Shown piece after piece: positions 20,967 to 33,410 of a DNA stretch of 64,000 bases (the first letter of the stretch is position 1; each line of letters begins with the position of its first letter). Source of the stretch: Cyanophora paradoxa CCMP329 (taxonomy: Eukaryota > Plantae > Glaucophyta). The position numbers and the translations under genes were made by a program. The notes under the pieces are model-generated. The model saw only the letters and a list, made by a program, of their open reading frames with translations. It ran no database searches and was not told the DNA's origin. The stretch covers positions 1-64,000 of the forward strand of contig QPMI01000096.1 of assembly GCA_004431415.1 (NCBI GenBank), written 5' to 3'.

Positions 20967-23900
20967 TCAGTCTTCGATGATGCCCCTCTGCATGCGCAGG
21001 CGCGTCCCTCGCCGCACGGCCTGTAGCTCATTTTAGATTGGCCGATCGCGAGCAGCGGCGTCTGCCCGCTGCGGGGCGAACCCGCGGGAGGGCGCGCTTG
21101 ACGGCGTTGATGTTGAACTTCTCGGGGAGCCACGTGTACACGCCGCCCCTCTTCGATATCGCCCCCTTGTTCGTGCTCGTGCGCGACACCTGCTGGGCTG
21201 CCCAGAGCGCCCGTTCTGCCGAGTAGCCTGCGAGACGTCGACCGGACGTCGACGGCATGAATTCGAGGCATACGCGATCGATATATATCTGGCCATATCA
21301 TATCTATAGGTAATTTATATATAGAGTAGGGCTAAGATCGATATCTAAAATTAAAATATTCGAAGCCAGATCCCGAAGCTGAGTTAAAATTCGAAGCGCA
21401 CGCTGAGACCTCCGATCCGTTGTTTTTTCAAGAAACTCCTCGTAACTCTCCGACCCTCCGACGTCCTCCGGGGGGCAGGCCCGCGCCCCGTCGGTGCAGC
21501 GGGGGTACGTAACCCCATGGCCAGGCTCCGGGGCGTGCACAGACTCGACGATCACTTCGTGCTCCCAGCAGTCGCCTGCCAGAGCCAGTTAGCTGATGTA
21601 CATGTGCAGTTCATGCAATTGCAAGGGGTGCGCGATCGATACTATGATTTATAGCGAATTTCGAATTTCGTGATCGCGCAGGCTCTAGCATGCGCACCGC
21701 CGTCGTAATAGTACCAGAATGTGTCCCCAGTGGACAGGTCGAGGCTACTCAGCTGGAAATTCTCTTCCTACAGACGACGTCAGGCCTAGGGTAGCAAGGC
21801 GCTGCTGCGCATGCGCATGCAGCTGCAGGAGATCATAAACACGTGCACCGTCACTTCATCACGCTCTTCTGCCCCCCCGCACATCTTTGACATGGTGGTC
21901 ATGCCCGCGACGTGAAATTCGTGCAGGTGAGCTGCGAAAACCGTCGACGTCGGGTGTCGCGAAAAAAAGCGTAAACTTGGCTTTCGCACCGTCAGCCCAC
22001 CCCATAGCGGAGTTCAGGATGCTGTGCACGACGAGAAGTGGCATGTCTCCTGCACGCGCAGCCTCGGTTGGAGTCGACATCGTGCAATTGCGCATCGTAT
22101 GAATAATATTAATTCTAATTCGAAGATCATTTTTTTTTTTTGGTGAATTACCGGCCACAGTCTCTAGACACCAGCACTGCGGGGGCTGCCCAGGGGGCAT
22201 AAAGACAAAAAAGCAAAATAACTAAGACAAGAGCACGAAGAAAGATAAGACAAAGAGCCAAAATCGACAATAAAAAAGGAAAGACACAGAGCTCGAGACA
22301 GATCGATAGCGAGAAGAGACGATAAATCGAGCAGATCTAGGGACAGAGGATAACTGACACGAAGAAGAGCCAGAGCTAGAGATACCATCAATATCAGAAG
22401 GAATTACATCACTAAGAAGCGGGGACAAAATTGAGAAAGATAAATAACAGGAAGAAGACAAGTAAGAGGAACAACAAGACGACATGGAGGCGGAGGCGAA
22501 GCAGGACGATGCGAAAGGGCAGAGCTACGGCACGAGGTCGAGGAGGACACAGGAGGCGGAGCAGGCGGATCAAGAGCAGGCAAAAGGACAGTCAAAGGAA
22601 TCACTAAAGCCGGCCAGGGTCGAGGCGGGCAATCGAACTGCAAACGACGGCGAACAACAGGTCGAGCACGAGGACTATAGCTAGTATTGAAACTAACTCT
22701 AGCATCAACACTACGATCAGAATCCGAACCAGACCGAACTAAACTAGAAGACGAAGAAGTACGCCGGCGCCGGCGGGATACGATCGCGACCAGCGAAGCA
22801 GAAGACGAAGGCAAAGGCGGCAGTCCGGTATCAAGAACAAAGGCCGGAGGGTCCGGCCCGGCAAACCGCCGGGGGAAGTAGAAGGAGCCGCAGGCTCGGC
22901 AAGCCGGCGACGGGTACGACCACGAGTCCGGGAGGAGATCGGGGAAGCCGGTCCCGGAGCTGAGGGCCCAGGAGCAGAGCCAGGAGAAGGTAAGCCCGGC
23001 GAGAAATCTGACCCGGAGCCGGAACCCAGCGAACGACGACGACGAAGAGGCCCCGAGGAGCCACGACGGGGGAGCTACCGAGCAAAGTACTGACAGCCGG
23101 CGCCGAACACGGCGGCGGAGGTACCCCGCAGACAGTGGCAGGCGGAGAGTCCAGGGTCGATCGAGAGATCCGCCGACGGGAATGCGGCGGGGGCCGACGA
23201 GACGGAAGAGGCCTAGGCGAGGAGGGGGCCGAGGAAGGGTCGGAGGCAGGGGAAGGGCCGCGAGCAGGTGACGGGGATCGCTGCCGGCGCCGAAGAGAGG
23301 GCAGCGAAGCTGGAGAAAGGTCGGGTGGCGCCGGATCAGATGACACGGAGGTCATGGCCATGGGCGGCGCAGAGAGAGACGAGCTCGAGGGCGCAAGGGC
23401 CCGACGAGGGCGCCGGCGGCGAATCTCACGAGCGCCAGGAAGCGGGATAGGACCGCATATGGACCCGAGGCGCCGAAGGGGGAGCAGGGAGCCGGAATGA
23501 CGGGGAGACCGAAAAGAGGACAGTCTCGCCAACACTCGGAAGCGGGGCAGAGGCCGAGGACCCGGAGCTCGAGGGGGGAGGAGGGCGGAGGAGGAGAGAG
23601 AAGGCGGCTATTCGAAGGGTATGGAGAATCGAGAGCGGAGGCGAGGGAGGCCGAAGTGATGGCGAGCTCTGGAGGCGAGGGGCCTGCAAGCGGATCCGGG
23701 AAAGTGGATGCAGATGCAAAGAGACCGGGGACGTAGAGGCGGTAGGGCATGCAAAAAGATAGTGCCGCCCAGCGTCACAGTTGCAGAAGCGGGGCAAGAA
23801 GGATGGGCTGAAGAGGGGCTGAACCAGGAGGACGTCAGAAAGAGGGCCTCGCAGGGGCGGAAGTGGAGGAGCAAGGGGAAGAGGTAAGAAGGGGTATGGA

Positions 23901-26900
23901 GCTGCAAGATGACCAGGGACCTGCCGGGGAACAGGCAAGTGAAGAGCCCCGTGACAGCAAGTTGTAAGGAGGGAGGAGGCAGAGGCGGGGCCAGAGGGCC
24001 AAGGAGCACAGGGATCGGGACCGCAGGGAATGGGGGAAAGGAGCGTCGAGAGGGGCAGCGAGAGCAGGAATAGGAATGGGCCCAAGGGTCACTACAGGGG
24101 CCAGAGCAGGAGGGACGGCGCAGGAGGCGGGCGACCACCAGGGATCCCCAACGGGACATTCCCACGAACGGCAAACTCCGCAGGATTCCGGAGGACAGAA
24201 TCGATGTCACGCGAAGAGACGAGGTTGTCAGCACCGCCCGAAGAAGGAGCGCCGGACGAGTCAGAATCAGAGCTTGAACTAGAACGATGAGAACCGGTAC
24301 CAGACTCTGAATCATGTGCGTCATCATCCGAGGCAGCCTGATCATCAGCGTCAGCAGCAGCCAAGCGAGCGCGCCGCTCCTCCAACAAGGCCGAAGCCTG
24401 CGGAAGGGTGAACTCGAGGTACGACATATTTCTGTCCCAGGCGGCAACAAGCGCGGCGCGGTTGTAAGAAGGTGCATCAATGTCAGCCTCCTCAAGATCG
24501 CACCGAGCGCGAGCAACCTGTTGGATGGAAAATACGCCAGCAAGGATCGCTCCAAGTGAGCGAAGGCAGAAGGCGGGGTTAACTTTACTGCGCAAAATGG
24601 GTCCAGATAAATCCGGAACCGAGAGGATGTGGAAGAGAGAGAGGTCAGGCACTGCGACCTCTTCACGCTCATCCGGTGGAAGAGTAGAAGCCCAGAAATT
24701 CAGGCGCTCACGAATGAAATCCCAGAACGAACGAGAAAGCGGGCACTCAGAGAAAACGTGCGCGTGAGAGCGAGCAGATCCGTCATTACAAACCCGACAG
24801 AAACGACGGCGGGGCGACTGTTGCTCGCCCAAACGATACAATTTGAAATGCAAACGGTAAAGAGCATCGATCCAAAGCATCGGGAAACACTGAAGGACGA
24901 CAAGATTAGGAAGACGGGACGGAGACAAGGCGCCGGGAAACCCCCACTTAGCATCGGGCATCTGAGCGTGGCTAGACACATCGCGAAGCCGCTGGACCTC
25001 AAGGCAGTAGAAGCGACGAACAGAGGAGAGGCGGAGAGGGAGCATACGAGCGAAAGTGAACGCAAGATTATCAAGAGAAAGAAAGGCCGAAGGACCTGCG
25101 CCAAGAACAAAAAGGCCAGGCAGGGTCCCGCGACGAAAAGAGAGGAAGACAGCGCTGAAGCAAACATGCAGCGGGAGCAAACGGGACAGAATTGAATTGG
25201 AGCTCGAGGATAGGCCCACAGGGTGGGAAGCCGCAGGGCGGCAAGGAACGCGCGGTACGTAGTCCAGCACCCGTGGAATTATCTGGTTATCGCGAACGGG
25301 GAAGGCAACAAAAGTACCACTTGGGCCTCGAAGGAGAGCAAACGAGGCGTCCGGTCCGGACCACCAGAGATGCTGAGGCGGCGGTGCAGGGGCCTCGAGA
25401 ACCTGGCGCCAAGTAGCCGGGAGCGCAGAGCACAGACTAGGGAAAAAGGAGTGGAGGGCGGAGGAGGCAGCTGCTGGAGCCCGGAACCCCCGGGCAGCAC
25501 AATCCCAGATATCGCAGACCCGCAGCAAGCCGGACCGTGCACAGCGACTCCAGTCGACCTCGTCGCCGGGAGTACTGAACAGAGGATTGAAGAAAAGAGG
25601 TTGGGATAACACTTCGGGAGAGTTACGAGGTTGACACACGCCCTGGCGCTGAGCCCACTCGGAGAGAGTCTGCTTCCAAATAGGAGGCAAGTCAAGTCTG
25701 TCAAGTGGGAGGCGGAGCGAGACAAGGGCGGGGCCATAGGAAAAAGGTGCCAGCTGAGCGTCCAGTTTGCTCAAGAGGTACTCCTTCCAAGGAGCCGAAC
25801 AAGAGGGGTCAGCGAGCAAGGCCACCCACTTCATTTTCAGCGATAACGAAAAAGCTCGAATATCCGGGCAGTTGAGACCACCTTGACGCCACGGCAGAGG
25901 AGAAATATACTTCGAAAGCTGCCCGCTCACGCCAGCAAAAGCGCGAAGCTTCTCTTGCCATGTCGAATACTGAGCATCAGGGGGTCAAGCAAATATAGAG
26001 CATAATGTAGGGACCCAATAAATACAGCCCAGGCAAGGAGAACGCCGGAACGCATCGGCATGCGATAAGTCTTCGCTTGCTGGACACGGATATCAAGAGC
26101 AGCGTTCTTTTTCCGCCAGAACCGAGACAGATCGGGCTCTAGTGGAAAGCCCAGGTATTTTCGAATTTTTTCAGCGGGAGGGAGATCCGTCACCTGAAGA
26201 CGCCGCCAGGGGCAGTCCTCGACGCTAGGCCAGGCATGTGCGGGATATCGCGGAGTGGAAGAAGGCTAGATTTCTCGAGATTAATAAGAGCTCCAGAGAG
26301 CCGGCAGTATTTATCAAAGCACTCTTTCCAGAAAGGCAATTCGGTAAAAGACGAGATTAAAGGAACAGTGTCGTCTGCAAACTGGAGCACCTTGCAAAGA
26401 GAGCTAGAGGACAAGCGGACACCTCGTATACGAGCATCAGCATTAATCAAAAGGGCTAAAAGGTGTGTGCACAAATTATATAGATAGGGCGAAAGGGGCC
26501 ACCCTGACGTACACCGCATCGAATGGGGAAAGGGGCGGAGGTCCAGCCGTTAATGTGAACAGAACCCTGCAGATCAGAGTAGAGCAGGCGGACCCACTTG
26601 ATAAATTGGGACCCGAAACCGAACTGTTCGAGCGACCAGAAAAGGAAGCTCCAGTTAACGCGGTCATAGGCTTTTGAAAAATCAAGAAATCCGAAGCACA
26701 GCTGTTCGAGTGCAGGATTACCGCCCTCGTAATGCATGAGAAGATAAACAAGCATAACCTGGTGCACTGCGGACCGACGATGAATAAAGCCAGACTGAAA
26801 GCGGGATACAAGACCAGACATGAGTGGCGTTAAGCGGTTGGAGAGGGCGCGCTCGACTGCACGCTCTTCGACATTAGAGAGAGAAATTGGGCGGCGATTT

Positions 26901-29900
26901 GCAATCAAAGTAGGGTCCGTTGCCGGTTTAGTAATAGGAGTAATGAGGACGTGCCGCAAAGACTCGGACGGCTGCCCAGACTCATACATAGCAGCGATGT
27001 AAGCACAGAAATCGGGCCAATCTCATCAAAAAAGTGAACGTAGAATTCAGCAGGGAGACCATCGATGCCAGGAGACTTGGCTCCGCCAGACATCTCCTTA
27101 AAAGCACGAAATAGTTCTCCAGACGATAAGTCAGAGTCAAGATCAGCAGACTCAGTAGGGAGCAGGCGGTGAGGGGAATAGAGAGAGGCAACGCCAGACC
27201 GCTCAGCTAGCGACCGATCAACCACGGCCTGAGCTGCAGCGCCGTCATATAGTTGAGCGTAATAGGCGGAAGAAAGCTCGAGCAAAGTGCGGGGTCGTCC
27301 GACGCGGCCTCTGGGCCTTCGGTGTCGAGGGCCCGAAGCCCTCCGTGAACTGAGCATGAGAATCCGGTAAATAATGCTCAAAAAAGCTTTACTAGACCGT
27401 CCATCTTGAGTTGCGGCAAAACGAATTTCTTTGCGTGAATGCTGTCTGGCATAGTCAGACACAAGCGAATTCAAGCTGCGCATCATAGAAGTGCGCAGTG
27501 TACGGAAAGCGACATCATCAATAGAGCCAGCGGCGTGGCGACGGATGAGAGCCTCGAGAGCTCGAACAGCGGAGATGTAAGCGTCCTTCCGCCTGCGCTT
27601 CTCATCAAGCTCCCAGGCCCGAACACGACGCTGGAGCTCGGATTTGAGGGCGTCCCACCGACGGACGCGATCTGTAACTAATGGCCACGCGGCGCGCCAG
27701 TCACGAATTATAGTAGAAATGAAACCAGAATATTCCGGGCATGTGCCATACGCCGCCCAGTTCATGCGCCAGCGACCGGGGCCACGGCGAGAGATTCCGG
27801 GGGCTTTAAGTGTGAGATAGATGCCTATATGATCAGAATTGCGTGGCTCGCCGACTGCAGAGTAAGCCGTCCACGGCCGAAGCGAGACGGCCCAATCGCG
27901 GAGGGAGGACGAGAGGAAAAAATAATCGAGCCGGGACTCAATCGTCCCGCCCGCCGGCCGCGGCCGGCTCCAGGTTTTAAAGCACGCTCTAGTGTGAGGC
28001 CCGGCATCGAAAAGGCCATAACGAGCTCGGATCAACTCAAAGGCGTCGGGGGAGGGGTTCCACGACTAGGGCCGGGAGCATCAGAGGGGAGCTCGTGGAA
28101 ATTAAAATCTCCTCCTAAGATGAGGCGGCTGTCGAAAGGAACCACGGACTCGAGAGTATAAAGAAGAGTTTCATAGAAACCGCGACGCTCGGAATCATCT
28201 GTAGGAGCATATACATTGCAAAAATAAATGGGACCAAATTTGGTCTCGAACAAGAAAAGTTGAAGTCGAGGACTATCAGCTGGAGTCAACAACCGAATTT
28301 GAAAAGGGGAATCACCAGGAAAGAGAGCGGCGACCCCTGAGTGGCCTGACCACTAGGGTTATGAGACCAAAAAGAGGGGGCCGATCCCCAGGCGCGCGCG
28401 AGGCGCTTGGATAATGAGGAAGAAGAAACATGAGTCTCCTGCAGGAACACAGCTGAATGCCGCGCACTATCGCGGAGGCAATCAAAGAGAAAAGAACGAT
28501 AAGATTTGCCTAATACATCATGAAAAGCTCGATCTAGTTTGCCTGCTACGTTCAGAGAAAGAAACCTAAACGTCATTTACGGGGGTGGTGCAGCTCGAGG
28601 ACAAAGCCCAAGAGCCGGAAGAGAAAACGAGGGCCGGGGGCGAGGGAGGGCCGAGGGATCAACCCCGCCGCGATACGCAGCGGGAATCGATGGGGGCCCG
28701 AACGCCTCACGCCGATCCCGAGGGGACGCAGCAGCGGCCTGCAAGATCGAGAAAGTCATGCAAGAGAGAAAGAGAGGAGATCGGATCGATTGCGAGGGGC
28801 GGGCCATGAGCCGGAAAAGGCCATGAGGCCATCGAGAGTACGAATTGCAAAAGCGAACCTGCGCAGCGCGCTGCAGGTCCTCCTTCCACGGAAGATGATG
28901 TCGAAGTTGATGGGTCGTTAGCCGGCGCATGATCGCGCTGGGGCCGGTCTGGTCGGTCCAGTTCTCGCCGTTGTACTGCTCCAGGGAGCGCGAGCGGCCG
29001 CTGATCGTGACGCCCGTGCGGGTGTGCGGGGCGTGCTCGGAATGCTGCGCGCTGTGACAGCCGGCCGGTTGCAGAACGCCCAGCTGCCGCTGATCTGAAC
29101 TGTCTCATTGCCGAACTTGTGAGAGAAAGGCAACCGCGCCTGACTGGCGACGGCGGGACCTCCGAGAGAAACACTTTGATCCAGACGCTGTTGCCATTGA
29201 TGCGATGAACTTTGGACGGGCTGAAGCCGCGCTGCACGAGCCAGTTGGAAAAGACACTATGCGCATTGGAGGGAGCTGAATAGAAAGGGCCGAAGCTGAC
29301 GGAGGGATCGCGGAAGCCGGCCTCGCGCGCGGCCTTCGAATCCAGAGGCGGCGGGGGGCGCCGTTCGCATCGGCCGGAAGCTGAGTGAAGTCGAGGACGG
29401 GAAGGTACTGGAGCGCTGATTTGCGGAGCAGCTTCTCGGCTGCATCACCGTGCACCGCCTCGATGGTGAGCAGGAGTGCGCTATTCCGTAGCAGCACACT
29501 GCCACGGGGGGGTCGAGGCTAGCCAAGCAGTCGGCTACGCTGTGACGAATCTGGGTTCTGCTGGGCCCCTCGGACAGCGCGCGGAGGGCGTTGGACTGAG
29601 AGGTCGGGGCGGTCAAGCTGAAATATCTGACCGTCTGGCTATAAAGCTGCGCGGGGGTCGATTCGGCCTCGAACAGCTCGGGGCTGATAATCAGATTCAT
29701 CGCCGTGATCGCACCGCGGATCTCGAGGACGCGATAGATCTCCGGCTCAGTGTCACGAAGATTGATCCGCAGCCGCAACACTGATGCCGCCAAGAGTTGC
29801 TCTGCGAGCACATGCAAAGCTTCGGCACGCACGCGACTTCACCCTTTCTAAATAAATAGCGTCACCCTTTCTAATTCGAAGATCATGATCGATATCAGAT

Positions 29901-30811
29901 TCATCGCCGTGATCGCACCGCGGATCTCGAGGACGCGATAGATCTCCGGCTCAGTGTCACGAAGATTGATCCGCAGCCGCAACACTGATGCCGCCAAGAG
30001 TTGCTCTGCGAGCACATGCAAAGCTTCGGCACGCACGCGACTTCACCCTTTCTAAATAAATAGCGTCATCCGCAAAACGCGCACCGCGGGCTGCAGCGTC
30101 ACGATAGAGCTTGGCAGGCAGAGAGACAAGACTCTCGGGGACGAGAAGAGAGGCGGCGGCGGCATGAGGTGCCGGAAACAGCGCGATTAGTCGATGCTGC
30201 GTGCGGATTCGAAGGGTCGACGGCGTTAGCGTACGCGCGCGAAAATAGAAGCTCGCAAGACTTCGTTGCGACGCTCACCATTCTCCATGTCGGCTGATGG
30301 CGCAGCACCGCGATCCAGTCCTCCTCGCGATCCTCGAGGTCGTGATCGGCGCCTTCCTCGAGCTCTACCTCGAGTAGCTGCCGAGACAGGTATCTGGGCA
30401 CGCGGACCTGCGGAATACGGCCCGGAATCAAAACCCACGATCGCGATCGCGAATTATAAAATCGCGCGAGTGGCTGACCCGCGCGACGGAGACAGCGCCA
30501 AATTCCTGCGAAAGCATGACGGCCGCGATCTTTCCAGGGACGACGTGCTCGGGTTCCCAAGGGTGGTTCCTGCGTCTTTTTCTCATTTTCAACGAAAGAT
30601 TCAGCGTCTGCCCCGCTCGTGGCGGCTCTTCTGCTTGCAGCTTATTCTCATTCGCGTCGTTGGCGCCGGTGTCGAGAAATAAATTGGAAAACGATCGCGA
30701 ACGCGATTCGCCGTCGCGCCCCCAGGCGAGCGCTGCCGGCAACAGGGGCAGCTCAAGCGCGGGGGCCGGCGCCTGCGAGCGCTGGAGCTGCGCATGCGTT
30801 GATGTCGACAT
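20967..30811 (-). CDS. Intron-containing pRiA4b ORF-3 / MM3350-like domain protein; one intron carries a 7.7-kb insertion, probably disrupting it
   Basis: Spliced exons LRLRINLRDTEPEIYRVLEIRG|DMPLLVVHSILNSAMGWAD|AHLHEFHV..|EENFQLSSLDLSTGDTFWYYYDG|GDCWEHEVIVE..YPRCTDGARACPPEDVGG..WLPEKFNINAVKRAL match the family motifs (GW...HLH.F, YD.GD.W.H, CPPEDxGG). Termini approximate. Confidence 0.85.
24092..28576 (-). CDS. LINE ORF2: APE endonuclease, reverse transcriptase and C-terminal CCHC finger, with several frameshifts
   Basis: MTFRFLSLNVAG..FLQETH, CNVYAPT, ILGGDFN, SRLDYFF, SDH; SPGIDGLPAEFY, RPISLSN, LDFSKAYDRV, GVRQG.PLSP, QFADD, KYLGF; CRVC..HAHVFSECP. Confidence 0.95.
28835..29689 (-). other. 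Captured unspliced fragment of an unknown host gene inside the LINE insertion
   Basis: Exon-like segments (LLRKSALQYLPVLDF, WLVQRGFSPSKVHRINGNSVWIK, LEQYNGENWTDQ) are separated by short intron-like segments; no LINE ORF1 features. Confidence 0.55.
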
Positions 30812-31285
30812 GACGTGCGCTAACGCGAGCCGGTTTCCTTGCAATTGAAATAATCTGAAGCCACCGCGCGGCCGCGGCCGCCTCTAAAACTTCTCTGAAT
30901 CTAGAGAGATCTCCTCCTCCACCGTGGCACTGTATACGTATAGAGAGAATTTAGAGCTCCGCATATACGCGTACGTATACGTATTATACGTACGCGTATA
31001 CAGAGCTAGCGCTCTTACTTCTCTCAATCGCGATCGCGAGGTTCTCCCCTTCCTCTAAGGCTTTCCCGTTCTCTCGAGCTCGAGTTCTGATCATGAGCAC
31101 CCTCGCGCGGCCCTCCGAATTCCCAAGTTCGCCCTGCTAGATGCATTGCTCCTCGGGACGCGAGCGCACGGGCGCTTCGGTCTCCAACTGTATTCGAGGG
31201 CGGCGGCGGATACGGCGGGGACCGAGGGAAGAGGGAGGGAGGGGAAGGGAGGGGCGGGCCGGGGGCGGGCGCCCGGCCGGGCCGC

Positions 31286-33238
31286 TCAGGGGCGCTTGGG
31301 GCCGGCGTCGAGCTCCAGGCACTCGAGCAGCTCCAGCGTGTTGAAGGAGAAGTTCAGGAGGGGTTCCCGGGCGCCCCGGCCGCGGCCGGCGCCGAGGCGG
31401 AGGAGGCCGGGCCCTTGGGGTGCGGGGGAGGTGCGGGGGGTGGGGCCGCGCCGCCGGCGCCGCCTGCGGCTGCGGCTGCGGCTGCGGCTGGGGGTGCCCC
31501 TGCAGGGCGGCCGTGAGGGCGCTGGGCCCGGGCCCGGGGCCGGGGCCTTGGGAGCCCCCCACTGGGGACTTGGGCGCGTCGTGGCCGGGGCCGAAGAGGG
31601 CGGAGAGGGGTACGCGGGTCAGGTGCGAGGCGGGGGAGGCCGCGCTCGAGAGTTCCGAGAAGGAGTTCGGGCGGGGGGCGTGGCCAGGGACGTAGGGGGG
31701 AGGGGCCTGGAGCGGGGTGGGGAACTGGGGCGGCGGGAGCGGTGTCGGGAACTGGGGCGGCGGGGAGGGGGCGGGGTGCATCCCCGGGAGGGGCGCCTGG
31801 GCAAGGGGGGCCGAGGAGGGGGACGGGAGGCTGGTGGAGTACGGCTGGCTCGAGGGCGGGCCCTGGAGGTACGAGGGGGGGTACCCCCCGGGGTAGGAGC
31901 GCTGGGGTACGGAGACGGGGGCGCTGTGGAAGGAGGAGGCCGGATGTGGCTGTCCGGGGTACGGGATTGCCGCCGCGAAGGCGTTGAAGTCGAAGGAGCC
32001 GGTACCCCCGGAGGAGGAGGAGGCGCCGTTGTCGATCGGGGCCGAGTACTGCTGCTGCGCCTGCGGCTGCTGCTGCTGTCCCTTGCGCCCGCGCCGGCCC
32101 TTTCCACTGGCGTTCTGCGCCGCGAGCTGCTTTCGCCGGTTCGAGATCCAGCCCTTGAGCGCGCTGCGGGGGCCCAGCGGGCTCAGCGGTGGTCGGGGTC
32201 GCGCAGGCGGCGCGGCGCGCGCACCGCATGTAGGGCATGACCATCCAGTAGTGGTTCCCGTTGTAGTTGGCCCCCGCCTTGTTCGTGTACGTTGGCAGGT
32301 CGTCCACCCGGTGCCACTCGACTCGCTGCGGCCGGCCGCATCGGCACCGCGCGCAGCGCTCTCTATGCGGCGTGGCGCACCGAGATCTCCTTGCGCGTCT
32401 GCGGGACGAAGACGCTGTCCTCGGGGATGCCCCCGACGATGAACATGCGCGAGCGCTGCTCCCGCATCGTCACCTCGACGCTGTCCTCCTCGCGCAGCCA
32501 GCCCTTCAGGTCGTACCCGGTCTCCTCGAACACCTGCGCGCGCCTCAGCGGCGTCCGCGCGCGGCGGCGGCGGAAGCGCGCGCCTCGCGGGCGGCGCAGT
32601 CGATCTCGGGCTCGTCCTTGTTGACCTTGCCCTTCGGGAACGTCCAGCTCGCCTTCGCCGACCATCCCTTGACGAGCACGCACTGTCGCACGGCGTCGGT
32701 TGACGCGAGGCGCGGCCGAAGCGGGCGTGCGCGGGCGGCGCCGACCTTGTCCAGCGTTGGGTTAAGCATGATAGCCCCGCACACGGGAACGCGCGTCTTG
32801 TAGTTCGTAAATGACGTGTAGATCTGCTGGATCCACTTGTGGTACGGCTGCAGCACGGGGCAGTGCTTAAACACTGCGCTCGCGGTCGTCACGACCAAAC
32901 GCAGTAGCTGCGGGTGCGGGGGCGCACTCTGCTCAGCGAAGTCCCGCAGGTTGAACGAAGGCAGCCCGGCATGTTGTTCCCGATAGAAGTCCTCGAAGAA
33001 CCTGCGCCAACGATGAGGCCGAGCGGAAAGGTGGTTGGACGCCGGATACGAGCGCACCACCACGCGGCCTCGATCTGAAAGAGCAGCCGGTCAAAGCTCT
33101 CGAGCTCCTCGACCGGACAATTGATGATGAACCGACTGTGCGACGTCAGCAACCCCAACTGTTGAGAGGCGACGCCGTGGCGAACCTCGCAAGGTCATCT
33201 AGGATATCCGCTAGCCGCGGTGGCCCTGAGGCCGCCAT
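31286..33238 (-). CDS. DCP2: mRNA decapping enzyme DCP2 (Box A, Nudix domain, Pro-rich tail), 7 introns
   Basis: [30 protein letters not shown]; [14 protein letters not shown]; Nudix box [29 protein letters not shown]; PQTRKEIS; C-terminal [15 protein letters not shown]. Two 1-nt deletions in G-runs of the last exon are absent from the duplicate, so they are likely assembly errors. Confidence 0.95.
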
Positions 33239-33410
33239 TCCGGCTCTCCGCTCTTCTTGGCGGACCGTTGTTACCGTACCCTGTCGCTGCTCGCTCCCCC
33301 CACGGTGGTTGCTTTTAAGCACGACGGATCGCCGATCTGCTGAGTAGCCACCGCTCTAGCTATAGATCGTTACCTGCGAGCTCCCTGCGTGTCGGCGATT
33401 TCCGCGCGGC
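33239..33410. promoter_or_regulatory. Probable bidirectional promoter (172 bp between divergent start codons)
   Basis: DCP2 ATG at 33238 (-) and threonine dehydratase ATG at 33411 (+). Confidence 0.55.

Larger units (their letters stand above)
22131..29868 (-). mobile_element. Chimeric retro-insertion: local 175-bp duplicate, captured genomic fragment, then 5'-truncated L1/Tx1-like LINE-A
   Basis: 18-bp TSD TTCTAATTCGAAGATCAT at 22113-22130 and 29869-29886; poly(A) at 22131-22141. Confidence 0.9.

Noticed and set aside
24092-28576. Programmed frameshifting in LINE ORF2
   Set aside because: About six scattered shifts with no slippery-site pattern; decay or assembly error is simpler.
31350-31440. 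DCP2 pseudogenisation or programmed frameshift
   Set aside because: The shifts are 1-nt differences in G-runs and the duplicate at 18-20 kb has the in-frame lengths; most likely consensus errors.
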